Origin: Octopus sinensis
Taxonomy: Eukaryota
NCBI RefSeq assembly: GCF_006345805.1
Contig: NC_043011.1
Coordinates: 33,988,464-34,052,463, forward strand
Direction of reading: 5' to 3'
Length of the DNA: 64,000 nt
The notes under the pieces are model-generated. The model was not told where the DNA came from. It worked only from the letters and a program-made list of their open reading frames with translations, and did not search any database. Positions 38,501-52,151 of the stretch are shown piece by piece. Every line of letters starts with the position of its first letter. Position 1 is the first letter of the stretch. The position numbers were made by a program, and so were the translations under genes.

Positions 38501-41500
38501 TTTCCCTGGACTCCTTCCACCACTGACTGTCTCTGGCCAGTCATACCCATGTAGTTTCCATGGACTCTTCCACCACTGACTCTGTCTCTGAAGTCATACC
38601 CATGTAGTTTTCCTGGACTCCTTCCACCACTGACTGTCTCTGGCCAGTCATACCCATGTAGTTTCCCTGGACTCTTTCCACCACGTGACTGTCTCTGGCC
38701 ACTCATACCCATGTAGTTTCCCTGGACTCCTTCCACCACTGACTGTTTTCTGGTCTCATACCCATGTAGTTTCCCTGGACTCCTTCCACCACTGACTGTC
38801 TCTGGCCACTCATACCCATGTAGTTTCCTGGACTCCTTCCACCACTGACTGTCTCTGGTCAGTCATACCCATGTAGTTTCCCTGGACTCCTTCCACCACT
38901 GACTGTCTCTGGCCAGTCATACCCATGTAGTTTCCCTGGACTCCTTCCCACTGACTGTCTCTGGCCAGTCATACCCATGTAGTTTCCCTGGACTCCTTCT
39001 ACCACTGACTGTCTCTGGCCAGTCATAACCATGTAGTTTCCCTGGACTTCCTTCTACCACTGACTGTCTCTGGCCAGTCATACCCATGTAGTTTCCCTGG
39101 ACTCCTTCTACCACTGACTGTCTCTGGCCAGTCATACCCATGTATTTCCCTGGACTCCTTCTACCACTGACTGTCCTTGCCAGTCATACCCATGTAGTTT
39201 CCCTGGACTCCTTCCACCACTGACTGTCTCTGGCCACTCATACCCATGTAGTTTCCCTGGACTCCTTCTACCACTGACTGTCTCTGGCCAGTCATACCCA
39301 TGTAGTTTCCCTGGACTCCTTCTACCACTGACTGTCTCTGGCCAGTCATACCCATGTAGTTTCCCTGGACTCCTTCTACCACTGACTGTCTCTGGCCAGT
39401 CATAACCATGTAGTTTCCCTGGACTCCTTCCACCACTGACTGTCTCTGGCCACTCATACCCATGTAGTTTCCCTGGACTCCTTCCACCACTGACTGTCTC
39501 TGGTCAGTCATACCCATGTAGTTTCCCTGGACTCCTTCCACCACTGACTGTCTCTGGCCAGTCATACCCATGTAGTTTTCCTGGACTCCTTCCACCACTG
39601 ACTGTCTCTGGCCAGTCATACCCATGTAGTTTTCCTGGACTCCTTCCACCACTGACTGTCTCTGGCCACTCATACCCATGTAGTTTCCCTGGACTCCTTC
39701 CACCACTGACTGTCTCTGGTCAGTCATACCCATGTAGTTTCCCTGGACTCCTTCCACCACTGACTATCTCTGGCCACTCATACCCATGTAGTTTCCCTGG
39801 ACTCCTTCCACCACTGACTGTCTCTGTCAGTCATACCATGTAGTTTCCTGGACTCCTTCCACCACTGACTGTCTCTGGCCAGTCATACCCCTGTAGTTCC
39901 CTGGACTCCTTCCACCACTGACTGTCTCTGGCCAGTCATACCCATGTAGTTTTCCTGGACTCCTTCCACCACTGACTGTCTCTGGCCACTCATACCCATG
40001 TAGTTTCCCTGGACTCCTTCCACACACTGACTGTCTCTGGTCAGTCATACCCATGTAGTTTCCCTGGACTCCTTCCACCACTGACTGTCTCTGGCCAGTC
40101 ATACCCATGTAGTTTCCCTGGACTCCTCCACCAATGACTGTCTCTGGTCAGTCATACCCATGTAGTTTCCCTGGACTCCTTCCACCACTGACTGTCTCTG
40201 GCCAGTCATACCCATGTAGTTTCCCTGGAACTCCTTCCACCACTGACTGTCTCTGGTCAGTCATACCCATGTAGTTTCCCTGGACTCCTTCCACCACTGA
40301 CTGTCTCTGGCCAGTCATACCCATGTAGTTTCCCTGGACTCTCCTTCTACAACTGACTGTCTCTGGCCAGTCATAACCATGTAGTTTCCTCCCTGGACTC
40401 CTTCTACCACTGACTGTCTCTGGCCAGTCATACCCATGTAGTTTCCTGGACTCCTTCTACCACTGACTGTCTCTGGCCAGTCATACCCATGTAGTTCGCT
40501 GGACTCCTTCTACCACTGACTGTCTCTGGCCAGTCATAACCATGTAGTTTCCCTGGACTCCTTCCACCACTGACTGTCTCTGGCCACTCACCCATGTAGT
40601 TTCCCTGGACTCCTTCCACCCTGACTGTCTCTGGTCAGTCATACCCATGTAGTTTCCCTGGACTCCTCCACCACTGACTGTCTCTGGCCAGTCATACCCA
40701 TGTAGTTTTCCTGGACTCCTTCCACCACTGACTGTCTCTGGCCAGTCATACCCATGTAGTTTTCCTGGACTCCTTCCACCATGACTGTCTCTGGCCACTC
40801 ATACCCATGTAGTTTCCCTGGACTCCTTCCACCACTGACTGTCTCTGGTCAGTCATACCCATGTAGTTTCCCTGGACTCCTTCCACCACTGACTATCTCT
40901 GGCCACTCATACCCATGTAGTTTCCCTGGACTCCTTCCACCACTGACTGTCTCTGGTCAGTCATACCCATGTAGTTTTCCTGGACTCCTTCCACCACTGA
41001 CTGTCTCTGGCCAGTCATACCCATGTAGTTTCCCTGGACTCCTTCCACCACTGACTGTCTCTGGCCAGTCATACCCATGTAGTTTCCCTGGACTCCTTCC
41101 ACCACTGACTGTCTCTGGTCAGTCATACCCATGTAGTTTCCCTGGACTCCTTCCACCACTGACTGTCTCTGGCCAGTCATACCCATGTAGTTTCCCTGGA
41201 CTCCTTCCACCACTGACTGTCCTGGGTCAGTCATACCCATGTAGTTTCCCTGGACTCCTTCCACATCACCACGGACTGTCTCTGGCCACTCATACCCATG
41301 TAGTTTCCCTGGACTCCTTCCACCACTGACTGTCTCTGGTCAGTCATACCCATGTAGTTTTCCTGGACTCCTTCCACCACTGACTGTCTCTGGCTAGTCA
41401 TACCCATGTAGTTTCCCTGGACTCCTTCCACCACTGACTGTCTCTGGCCAGTCATACCCATGTAGTTTTCCTGGACTCCTTCCACCACTGACTGTCTCTG

Positions 41501-42560
41501 GCCAGTCATACCCATGTAGTTTCTCTGGACTCCTTCCACCACTGACTGTCTCTGGTCAGTCATACCCATGTAGTTTCCCTGGACTCCTTCCACCACTGAC
41601 TGTCTCTGGCCACTCATACCCATGTAGTTTCCCTGGACTCCTTCCACCACTGACTGTCTCTGGTCAGTCATACCCATGTAGTTTCCCTGGACTCCTTCCA
41701 CCACTGACTGTCTCTGGCCAGTCATACCCATGTAGTTTCCCTGGACTCCTTCCACCACTGACTGTCTCTGGTCAGTCATACCCATGTAGTTTTCCTGGAC
41801 TCCTTCCACCACTGACTGTCTCTGGCCAGTCATACCCATGTAGTTTCCCTGGACTCTTTCCACCACTGACTGTCTCTGGCCACTCATACCCATGTAGTTT
41901 CCCTGGACTCCTTCCACCACTGACTGTTTCTGGTCAGTCATACCCATGTAGTTTCCCTGGACTCCTTCCACCACTGACTGTCTCTGGCCACTCATACCCA
42001 TGTAGTTTCCCTGGACTCCTTCCACCACTGACGTCTCTGGCCAGTCATACCCATGTAGTTTTCCTGGACTCCTTCCACCACTGACTGTTCTCTGGCCAGT
42101 CATACCCATGTAGTTTCCCTGGACTCCTTCCACCACTGACTGTCTCTGGCCAGTCCATACCCATGTAGTTTCCCTGGACTCCTTCCACCACCACTGACTG
42201 TCTCTGGCCAGTCATACCCATGTAGTTTTCCTGGACTCCTTCCACCACTGACTGTCTCTGGCCAGTCATACCCATGTAGTTTTCCTGGACTCCTTCCACC
42301 ACTGACTGTCTCTGGCCAGTCATACCCATGTAGTTTTCCTGGACTCCTTCCACCACTGACTGTCTCTGGCCAGTCATACCCATGTAGTCTCCAGTTAGTG
42401 GGTGAGATTATCTTACTATCTTGCCTTTGGTCAGTTTCTAGATCTTGTACATTGTCTTGGTGTCCAATTCAATCACCTTGACTGTCCATTTGTTGTCCCT
42501 CATTCACATGATGTGGCTAGTCAATCTATATTTGTTCTCCTTGATGGTTCTTATGATCAC
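35587..42560 (-). mobile_element. Decayed RTE-like LINE 3' end hosting the 54-bp satellite
   Basis: Joining the flanks over one unit reads ...HIM*MRDNKWTVKVIE...DNLTH*LETTWV*LARDSQWWKESREGFLLWER*, then a gatggtgatgat tail; resembles an RTE ORF C-terminus (GH+MR..DNRWT..V.EW ... W.RLARDR..W). Confidence 0.6.
35648..42388. repeat. Tandem satellite, 54-bp unit, ~125 copies
   Basis: Unit ccatgtagtttccctggactccttccaccactgactgtctctggccagtcatac repeated continuously; 6741 bp / 54. Confidence 0.98.
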
Positions 42561-42999
42561 CATCATCATCGTCATTTAATGTGTGTACTCCATGCTTTTG
42601 CAGTGTCTGCTTTTGTATGGTTTCTACAGCTGGATGCCCTCCCTAATGTCAACCACTTTACAAAATGTACTGGATGCTTTTTAATGTGGAACCAGCACAA
42701 ATGGGGGAATCAAGTAACTTGCAAGTCAAAACCCCTTAATTGAGTGTTGCTATAGCATTGAGGAAGTGGCTTTATACCCTATGATAAAAGGTTGCATTAT
42801 AATATATATTTCTTTATTGCCCACAAGGGGCTAAGCACAGAGGGGACAAACAAGGACAGACAAAAGGATTAAGTCAATTACATCGAACCCAGTGCATAAC
42901 TGGTACTTATTTAATCGATCCCGAAAGGGTGAAAGGCAAAGTTGACCTTGCCGGAAATACTGCTAAGCACGCTAACAATTCTGCCAGCTTAATATAATA

Positions 43000-43330
43000 T
43001 AATTCGGAGACCCCCTTCGGTCACGACACAGACCATGGGATTGCACCCTCCTAGACACAAGTCCGGGCGAGGTTGTTTATGGAAGACCAGCAGTCGCCCA
43101 TTCATACCGGCCTCCCCTCTCCACGCCACAAGTGTTATCCAAGGGAAAGACAAAGGTCGATACAGCTTCGCACCAGTGACGTCGCAACTCATTTCTACAG
43201 CTGAGTGAACTGAAGTAACGTGAAATAAAGTGCCTTGCTCAAGAACCCAGCACACAGCCCGGTCCGGGATTCGAGCTCACAACCTCATGATCGTAAGCTC
43301 GCTGCTCTAACCACTGAGCCATGCGCCTTC
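43000..43330 (-). mobile_element. tRNA-derived SINE with CORE-like segment, in (AATAT)n
   Basis: Minus strand ggcgcatggctcagtggttagag...ctcgaatcccgg then ttgagcaaggcactttatttcacg; related heads near 3590-3902 and 63650-64000. Confidence 0.8.
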
Positions 43331-45186
43331 AATATAATATAATATAATATAATATAATACAATATAGGGAGAGGAGCTGGTGCCCTGCTGTAGAGGAGAT
43401 ACCTAAGCTAGAATAGGGAGAAGATGGTGGTAAAAAGGTATCAGGGTGTACCCTCACATTATAGGAAGGTGAATAGAAGGTAAGTGGAAGAGTGAAAATA
43501 ATTAAGATCTTGAGATGCGTGTATTTCCCTAGTTCCTAAGGAACTTTTATTGGTGCAGGAACACTGATAATTAAAGCTAAAATCACAGAAGCTGTTGTTA
43601 TGAAGAACAAAAGTGAGAAACTGAAGAAGAAACAAAATCAGTAAAGGAAAAGAAAAGAAAAAGAACAGAAATGGTAGAGAGGAAAATGAAGAAAAAAAAT
43701 GAAAGGAAAAGAAAAAGATGAAAAACAAAAAGTAAAAAGGAAAAGAATAGACAAAACAGAAAAAAGGAAAAGTATGCGATAAAAAGGCAAAAAAAAAGTA
43801 GGTGGGAAGAAAAGGAAAATAAAAACGAAAAGAAAGGAAAAGCACTTTCTTTACAAACGAGCAAGAGGCTGCTGAAAGACTTGAGATGAGATAATTGGAT
43901 TTTGTAATTAGATCACAGTGAAAGGCTGATGGATGATAAAGCAGAAGTCACCATGAGATACGTGTTCAATATTTACAATTTCAGATAACGTTCTTTTAAC
44001 CATCATCAATATTGTCAATATAACCTCTCCTCTTCCTACTCCTCTATATGATAGACAACATTTCTTTCCACCATGCACAACTCTTCCCTTCTTCTTTCTA
44101 TGTTAACCCTCATCTTACCATTACTTTCTACTCCTTCCTTCTGTTCTTCTATCTATAGCATTGCTGGTTTGCCAATAAGGCAGCCTCTACTTGGTCACTC
44201 ATTTTGCAAGATATAGCAGCCAAATCTTCCTCAAATTACATCCATCTCAAACAAGAAATGGATACACTAGATAATCTTTTATATTTTACTTTGCTTCAAT
44301 CATTGGACTGCAAACATGCTAGAGCAGTCTTAAAGGGTTTAGTGAAACAAATCAACCCTAGTACATATTTTTAGGCCTGATACTTATCCCATCAGTTTCT
44401 TTTACTGAACCACTAAGTTTCAAGGACATAAACAAACCAACACTGGTTATGAAATGGAGGTGAAAGGACAATTTCCATGATAGCATGGTTTCATCAGTTC
44501 ATCACTATCCTAGTAATTTACTACCTTTCTAGATAAGTTGGAGGATCATATGTCACAAACAGTTTACCAAAAAGGAGTGATAATCTTCCTATCACCAACC
44601 ATTTTATAGAGTACTAGCACTATGACCCGGCGTTGCCGGGTCATAGTGCTACTGCATGCATATACAGATGCGTGCATGCGCACATACATGCGAGTACTGT
44701 CCAAATCTCCAACCAATCACATACAGCTAGCTGGCATTCAATTGGCGTATCAAGTTTCGGGCATTTTGATTGGGTTTTGGATAGAAAATTCACAAAAAAG
44801 TAACTTCTATTGATTTTTTAATGGCTTTGCTGGGTGACTGGGGAAATGAAAGGATGTGCACGACCACCTTTGGACGGTTTTGAATGACCATAGAAAGTGT
44901 GAGCCCGCTAACTGAAAAATTGTGGATTTGTATAAAGGATACACACACAGACAGACATTTTGCCGTTTATATATAGAGAGATTCTGGATGCATTTTATTG
45001 TGACACCAGCACCACAGGGGTCTGTCATATATCAACAATAGCAAAGGGTTTTCTCTTTCACATATGCATACATCCCAGACTAATTGACATAAGGAAGAGC
45101 TCTAAGGTCAATTACAATCCTGCCAGATAAAACATCAGATACTTATCATGGAAACACTGGTATTAAGCCTATGATGAAGACTCTAA

Positions 45187-45223
<37 letters not shown>

Positions 45224-45603
45224 GTTCCAAATTTTGGCACATGGCCAGAATAATAATAATACTTTCTACTATAGGCAGCATAAGGCCTGAAATTTGTGGG
45301 GAGAAGATCAGCCGATTACATTAACCCCAGTGCTCAACTGGTACTTATTGCATCGACTCCAAAAGGAAGGAAAGTCAAACTGACCTTTGCAGAATTTGAA
45401 CTCGAAAAGTAAAAGCAGAGGAAATGCTGCTAAGCATTTTATCGAATGTGCTAACAATTCTACCAGCTCTAAGGGGGTTAGTTGAGTATATTGACCCCAG
45501 TACTAGACCGATACTTATTTTATCAACCTTGAAAGAATGAAAGATAAGAAGATGATGATGATGATGATAATAATAATAATAATAAAAAGGTGAATATATT
45601 TAC

Positions 45604-45667
45604 CAAATTTGAGCAAGAATAGGTTGTGGTAAACCAGAATTAAGTAGCAAAGGGCGAGCATCAACAC
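45604..45667 (-). CDS. ITSN1: Intersectin exon, middle of EH2 domain (64 nt, phase 1-2)
   Basis: atttctgtttcag|...ATTTG|gtaaat; reads G-VDARPLLLNSGLPQPILAQI-W, matching the EH motif AR..L..SGLP...LAQIW. Confidence 0.95.
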
Positions 45668-45720
45668 CTGAAACAGAAATCACAATAAGATGAAAATGAT
45701 TTGCAACAAGGAGATATTAA

Positions 45721-46146
45721 CCCTTCTGACACCAACCCAGCCAAAATTCTTTTAACCCTTTAGCATTTAAATCAGCCATATTCTGCCAAAATCTGTTCTA
45801 TGTTCAAACCAGCCAGAGTTGGCTTCTCACATTTATCCTACAATATCCTTCTAAAAATATACAATCACATCACTGAAATCTTGAAATTATGAGATAAGCA
45901 TGATTAATTCAAAACAATGAATTTATAAGCATTATATTTGACAGAGTAATGTGAATGCTAAAGGGTTAATTTTATTGGACAAACTTTCTGTTTTGAAATT
46001 ATCTAAATTAAAACCTCTTATCAAAACTTTGAGTTTATTCATGTTTCAAAGTACCATTAGATACTTACAAAGTTATTTGACTAAATTCTTCAATATTTCT
46101 GAATCAAAAATAGTCTATTCCAATAGAAATATGGTTAAAAAAAGGG
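45721..46146. mobile_element. Nested piggyBac-like MITEs
   Basis: Outer TTAA|CCCTTCTG...AAAGGG|TTAA; inner TTAA|CCCTTTAGC...GCTAAAGGG|TTAA at 45756-45965. Confidence 0.75.
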
Positions 46147-46951
46147 TTAATTAATAGATAAACTATTGATTTATTTTGTTCACAGCAACATCAGCGAAAT
46201 TGAACCCATAGCATAGCTATTTGTCACTCAGAGAACAAAGTTACATCACAAAATTCAAGAACTTAACTAACAGTGTGTGATTTATCAATTGGTAAACTAG
46301 AGAAAATACTCTGTTAAAATACAAATCTCAGGTGAAGGGCTCTGTTTCACAATTATATTTGTTTTCTTTGCAGTAACACTTATAAAATAAGTGAGGCAAT
46401 GAGAACGCAAGCCTCTACAATGTCAAGTGATCAACAAGAAAAAGTAGCCAAATTGCCCTCAAATCAGGCCCACTGTTTAAAAACAGACCGTTATATTAAA
46501 TAACATGGTACTACACACATCATCATCCTCGTCATTTAACAGTCTTTGGGATGGATGGATGGATAGCTCAACAAGAGCAGACAAGCCAGAGGACTGTGCT
46601 GACTTTCAATGTTCACTTTGGCACAATTTCTACGGCTGGATACTCTTCACAGCATGACAAATAAGACAGGCTGGTCATGCATGGAACATCTTTGATTATA
46701 GGTCTGCATGATCAGGACTACACTTATGGCTAAACAAAAAGAACTAAATATGTAAGCATACATTAAAAAGAGCAGCAAATTTTCAAACACTGGCACATAT
46801 TGACAAGAGGACAAATATACTTGACTAACTCAACAAGAAGGCCTCAAAGTGGTCATTTGACTTGGTGGAAATAATAGCAAATTTTTCTCAAACTTCACCA
46901 TACCATTTTAGTGAAAAGAAAAGACAAATTTAGACAGATTCAATGACTCAC

Positions 46952-47049
46952 CCATGATATATCCCTGTTGGTTTCGATCCTGTGTAGCAAACATCTGTAC
47001 ATATTGTTGTTTTTTCTGTGGTGTTATCACCCATGGTGAAGGAGCAGGG
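46952..47049 (-). CDS. ITSN1: Intersectin exon, start of EH2 domain (98 nt, phase 2-1)
   Basis: tttcttttcaag|...ATGG|gtgagt; reads S-PAPSPWVITPQKKQQYVQMFATQDRNQQGYIM-G, the EH N-terminal W-x-I...K..Y..F...D pattern. Confidence 0.92.
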
Positions 47050-47870
47050 CTTGAAAAGAAATTTTGAACATAAAATAACACGACACAAAGTGGTTAAACA
47101 GTTATTATGAAAAGTGATAAGATAACAGTTTCTTTACAATTAAAGAAGATAGTCAACATCTATTGATGGGAGGAGGATTAGGAAAAGACAAGACAGAAAA
47201 CTGGACAAAGAGCCCAATATGTAATTTGTTCAAACTGCAAGAAATAGCAACCAAATCTCCTTCAAATCACACTCAACTGTCTTAAACAGGGATAGGATAC
47301 ACTAACCAATGCCCCCACACACACATACACACATCACCAGGATTATCATTTTAAAATCCACTTTTCCATACTTGAATGGATCAGATGGAATTTGTTGAGA
47401 CAGAGTTTCTATAACTGGATGCCTTTCCTGTCACTAATCCTCACCTGATTCCAAGTAAGGGGTCACTTTTCTTTTTCTTCAGCGGTGACCAGACATGGTT
47501 TCACAGAAAACTGGAAGCAAAGGACACTGCCTGGATCACGGTGGCACTCACAACAAATGCACAATGTCAAAGCAAGGAAACACCAACTCACACACACACA
47601 CAAACACACACATATACACACATGCATATGACAGGCTGCTTTCAGTTTCCATCTACCAAGTCCACTGACAAGGCTTTGGTCAGTTCAGGGCCATAACAGT
47701 AAACACTTGCACATGATGCCATGCAGTGGGACTGAACCAAGAACCAAGTGGTCGGGAAGCAATCTTCTTAACCACACAGTCACACCTGAGCCTATAGCAA
47801 TATTCACAAATAATTCATGCATAATTAGTATGTACGTGTGCATATATATATATGTATGTATATATGTATG

Positions 47871-47959
<89 letters not shown>

Positions 47960-48036
47960 CGTACATATATGTGTGTGTATGTGTCTATATATATTGTTAT
48001 TTATACACCTGTCTTCGTCTTTTGTTTTTCTGTAAC

Positions 48037-48068
<32 letters not shown>

Positions 48069-50315
48069 AACAGTATACGCATTAGCATTTCACTACACAC
48101 ACACACACACACAGACAGATCCTGCTAATCAAATAGATCTCAATAACTCTGTTTCTCTCTCTCACACACACAGAGTTAAAAATGTGACTTCAATGCAATC
48201 GGTATTGACTGTATATAATATGAAACAATGTAAGTAGGTGCGGTGTGTGTTTACCATAATAGGCACTACACCTACACCCACAGAAAGTCAAAACAAGACA
48301 CACACACACACAGAGTGAATACAACCGAGATCAATGGATCATGAATCAGTTTAACTGTTGAAATAATGGATCTTGTATTTCACAGTCACAGAGAGTGCTT
48401 TATGTAAAGGAACAGTTTTGACGAATCTCCTGAACACACCCACATACACCAACACAAAACCACAAACACATACATACATACACCAACACATACGCATATA
48501 CTTATGTGTGTAAACAAACATACACACCAAATATATGCATACCAAATATACATAATACTAAAATATAAATACAAAATACACACACTCACACACTTAAAAG
48601 CAGAGACAAACACACACATAACATAAACACACATACTAAACATACACAAATTAATGAAAACACACATACATACACGCTCACATAAAACATACATTTCCCA
48701 AACACACACACTCTATACATACACATTCGCATAAAAGATGCATTCCATAAACACACATACACAACTATACAAACACACACTCACAGAAAAGATATATTCC
48801 CTAAAATATACACACAACACACACTCATACAAACACACACACACATACAAACAAACAAACACACATACGTGTGTGTAGCCAATTCAACAAAACAAATACC
48901 TGTAAAAGTGCATCCCTAACTATTCATTAAAAACAAAAGCCTATAGCTTCTGGTTTATCATTGAAATATTGATTATCCACCGTTAAGTAAGGGATAAACA
49001 ACTTCAGATGTAACAGTGAATGCTGTGAAATACAATGGCTGCTGGTGAAGTATTTCTACATAGCATTAATTATGGGATACATGAATGTTGGGGAGTGGCA
49101 GAATTACAAGAGTAAAGGACAAATGCCTTGTGCTTACGTCTCTCAATAAAAGGAGTCCAAATTATGCTGTGGTTTTCTTTACCTTTCAGCCTTCTGGAGC
49201 CGATAAAGCAGTAACAGGGTCAGTCGATTACATTGATCAGCTGGTACATACTTTTATTGACCCCAAAAGGGTGACAGGTAAATTTGCCATTGGTGGAATT
49301 TGGACCCAGACCTTAGAAATTTAGAAGAAACGCTGCAAAGCATTTCATCTAACTTTGCTAATGATTCTACCAGCTTGCCACCTAGGGGTTAATGAAATAA
49401 TGGAGAACCATAGTACTGGTGGGAGGAGGGGGAGTGGAATTTACATTTTGGCACAAGGCCAGCAATTTGAAAGGAGGAAGCTGATCATTTACGTCAACCG
49501 CAGTATCTGACTGGTACTTCATTTCATTAACTCTGGGAAGGTGAAAAGCTCTGCTGACCTCGGCAGAATTGGAAATCAGCACATAACAAGTCAGAAGAAA
49601 TACTGCTAGGCATTTTATTCAAAGTGCTAATCATTCGGACAACCCAACAGGGGAAAGGGTGGGTCAATATAATGACATAATCAGCCGCATATTCATGCAT
49701 ACAACCTGTGCAATGGTAGCCCAGCTAGAGAGAGAGAGAGAGAGAGAAGAATCATTCCCAGTACTGGACTGGTCATTTATTTGTGTACTTTGAAAGAATA
49801 AAGATAAAGTTGGCCAGGATTTGAACTCAGATCAAAGGGCAACCACAAGGTATTCTGACTCTTAAATAATTCTTCCATCTTTCTTCATATATATATATAT
49901 ACACACACACACGCATGCACACATGCAACGTGATCACATGATTGACCAGAGTATTGTATGTTATTCATCACTGGTCACATCACTGGTGCATCGTTTTAGC
50001 TAGGCAAGCAGACCAATATTCCACCTTATTGGAAGACGAGTTCACCATGGGGTTTCTCACTTAAGCTGAGTGGACTAGAGAACATGAAATGAAGTGTTTC
50101 TGTTCAAAACACAATTTACTGCACCCAGTCCAAGAAGTGAACATCCAAACCACTCAGCAACATGCCTTCACGCACACATATAAACACACACACACTTATT
50201 TCTCTCAATCTAGCTCAATAAAAAACGAAAACAAAAAATAAAAATGTAGAATTATTCCTCTTTTTTTTTTTCCACAAATTTGATGGGCTATTTTTTAGAG
50301 AATTGAAATATTTAC

Positions 50316-50403
50316 CTTTGATTCATTGAGAAAGACCCTGATCGAACTTGAGGAGCATCGACTGGTATAATAGGAGCGGTAAAGCCTGTAGATGGTGCTG
50401 TAC
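50316..50403 (-). CDS. ITSN1: Intersectin exon, EH1-EH2 linker (88 nt, phase 1-2)
   Basis: tcttctttcacaaccag|...CAAAG|gtaaat; reads G-TAPSTGFTAPIIPVDAPQVRSGSFSMNQ-S; AG+C joins the next exon in frame. Confidence 0.75.
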
Positions 50404-50719
50404 CTGGTTGTGAAAGAAGACAAAAATAAGTAACAGCAATAACAATTGGGGTGGCACAATCTGTAAAATAGCCAGCTTGACCATGTGATCAGCCAATTAG
50501 GTTTACAAGAAAACATCTTGACAAGGCAAAGAGAAGAGAGAAAAAAATGGTATTTAATTTCATAAAGGAGGAATGAAGCATAGCTTCATCATGTAGATAA
50601 CAGTTAATTTAGTTAATTAGCTGTATCTTATCTATATAAAAAAAAAAATATAAAATAAAAAACAATGTTTCCTGAAACTGAAAAATATAACAATATCTAT
50701 CATATATATATATATATAA

Positions 50720-50735
50720 TATATATATGTCTGTG

Positions 50736-50779
<44 letters not shown>

Positions 50780-50954
50780 ATACCATTTTTACAGTAACAT
50801 TAGAGCAGGGAGAGAATATATACATCAGACAGGTTGTTAATTATTTAGTTCATTTGTCATCACAAAGCATATAAACAAATCATTAAATCAATCAATGAGT
50901 TCATCTGATAATTATTTTATTCAAGAGTAAAACTAAGAAGTGCTCTCTCTCTCT

Positions 50955-50997
<43 letters not shown>

Positions 50998-51012
50998 ATA
51001 TATATGTCTGTG

Positions 51013-51060
<48 letters not shown>

Positions 51061-51251
51061 TATATACACACACACAATACCATTTTTACAGTAACATTAG
51101 AGCAGGGAGAGAATATATACATCAGACAGGTTGTTAATTATTTAGTTCATTTGTCATCACAAAGCATATAAACAAATCATTAAATCAATCAATGAGTTCA
51201 TCTGATAATTATTTTATTCAAGAGTAAAACTAAGAAGTGCTCTCTCTCTCT

Positions 51252-51290
<39 letters not shown>
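50720..51290. repeat. Tandem duplication, ~297-bp unit bounded by (AT)n
   Basis: taccatttttacagtaac at 50781 and 51078. Confidence 0.93.
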
Positions 51291-51292
<2 letters not shown>

Positions 51293-51434
51293 TATGTAGC
51301 AGATGTAACAGAGTGACTCAAGGTTCGAGAATTTCATGCATTGGCACTTATCAAACTAAATATTAGTAAAAAAAATATACACATACTCATAATTTGAGTT
51401 CTATTTTTCTTGCTTGCACCAACATACCTATATA

Positions 51435-51470
<36 letters not shown>

Positions 51471-52151
51471 CAAATATATATGTTTCATTCCAATTTATCA
51501 TGTCAAACTGTTACTCCCTAGACATTTTTTTTCTGGTTTTTTTTTTTCCGTTCTCTCTCTCTCTCCATTTTTTACCTCTCGATCCTTACTGTTGAAGTGC
51601 GTAGGTTCAAAATGTCAAAGATTTTTCCCATTTTTCCCCCAAGTGTCAAACTAATATACCTGTTTGTTGTTCCCTCAACTGTTTTTGTCTTTTGTTTTCT
51701 ATAAAATTGAACTATATATGTATATATGTATCAATGATTGAACAGACAGAACACAAGTAACACAACAGGAAACAAGACACAAACTTAAAAGACAGGGAAT
51801 ATAGACAAGGACACAATACATGGAATATTCGCAGCTGAATTTTCCTCGTCAGTCAACAACCAAAATATCATCATGGTTTCACATACACACAGACACACAC
51901 ATATACACAAGTAAGCACATAATGCAAAACAAGCATTTGAACGCTAAAGGTAGAGCAATACGCTTTTGTTAAAGCTGCAAAATTGTCACAAACTGTTACT
52001 CAGAGTTTCCCATTCACAGTTGTGATGAACACTCAATTAAAATCGTGATCTCAGGTCAGTATTCATCACAACTGTCTGACACACAGGAACATGAAACTCT
52101 GAGTAATAGTTTTGTGAAAATTTTACAGCTTTAATATATATACATACACAT

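Noticed and set aside
35616-42383. ORFs of repeated MGMTGQRQSVVEGVQGNY (minus) and PCSFPGLLPPLTVSGQSY (plus)
   Set aside because: A 54-bp unit is a multiple of 3, so open frames arise on both strands by chance; no splice or start context; the parental RTE frame has a stop in every unit.
35648-42388. Regular array that might be read as CRISPR
   Set aside because: No unique spacers, no cas genes, eukaryotic intron.
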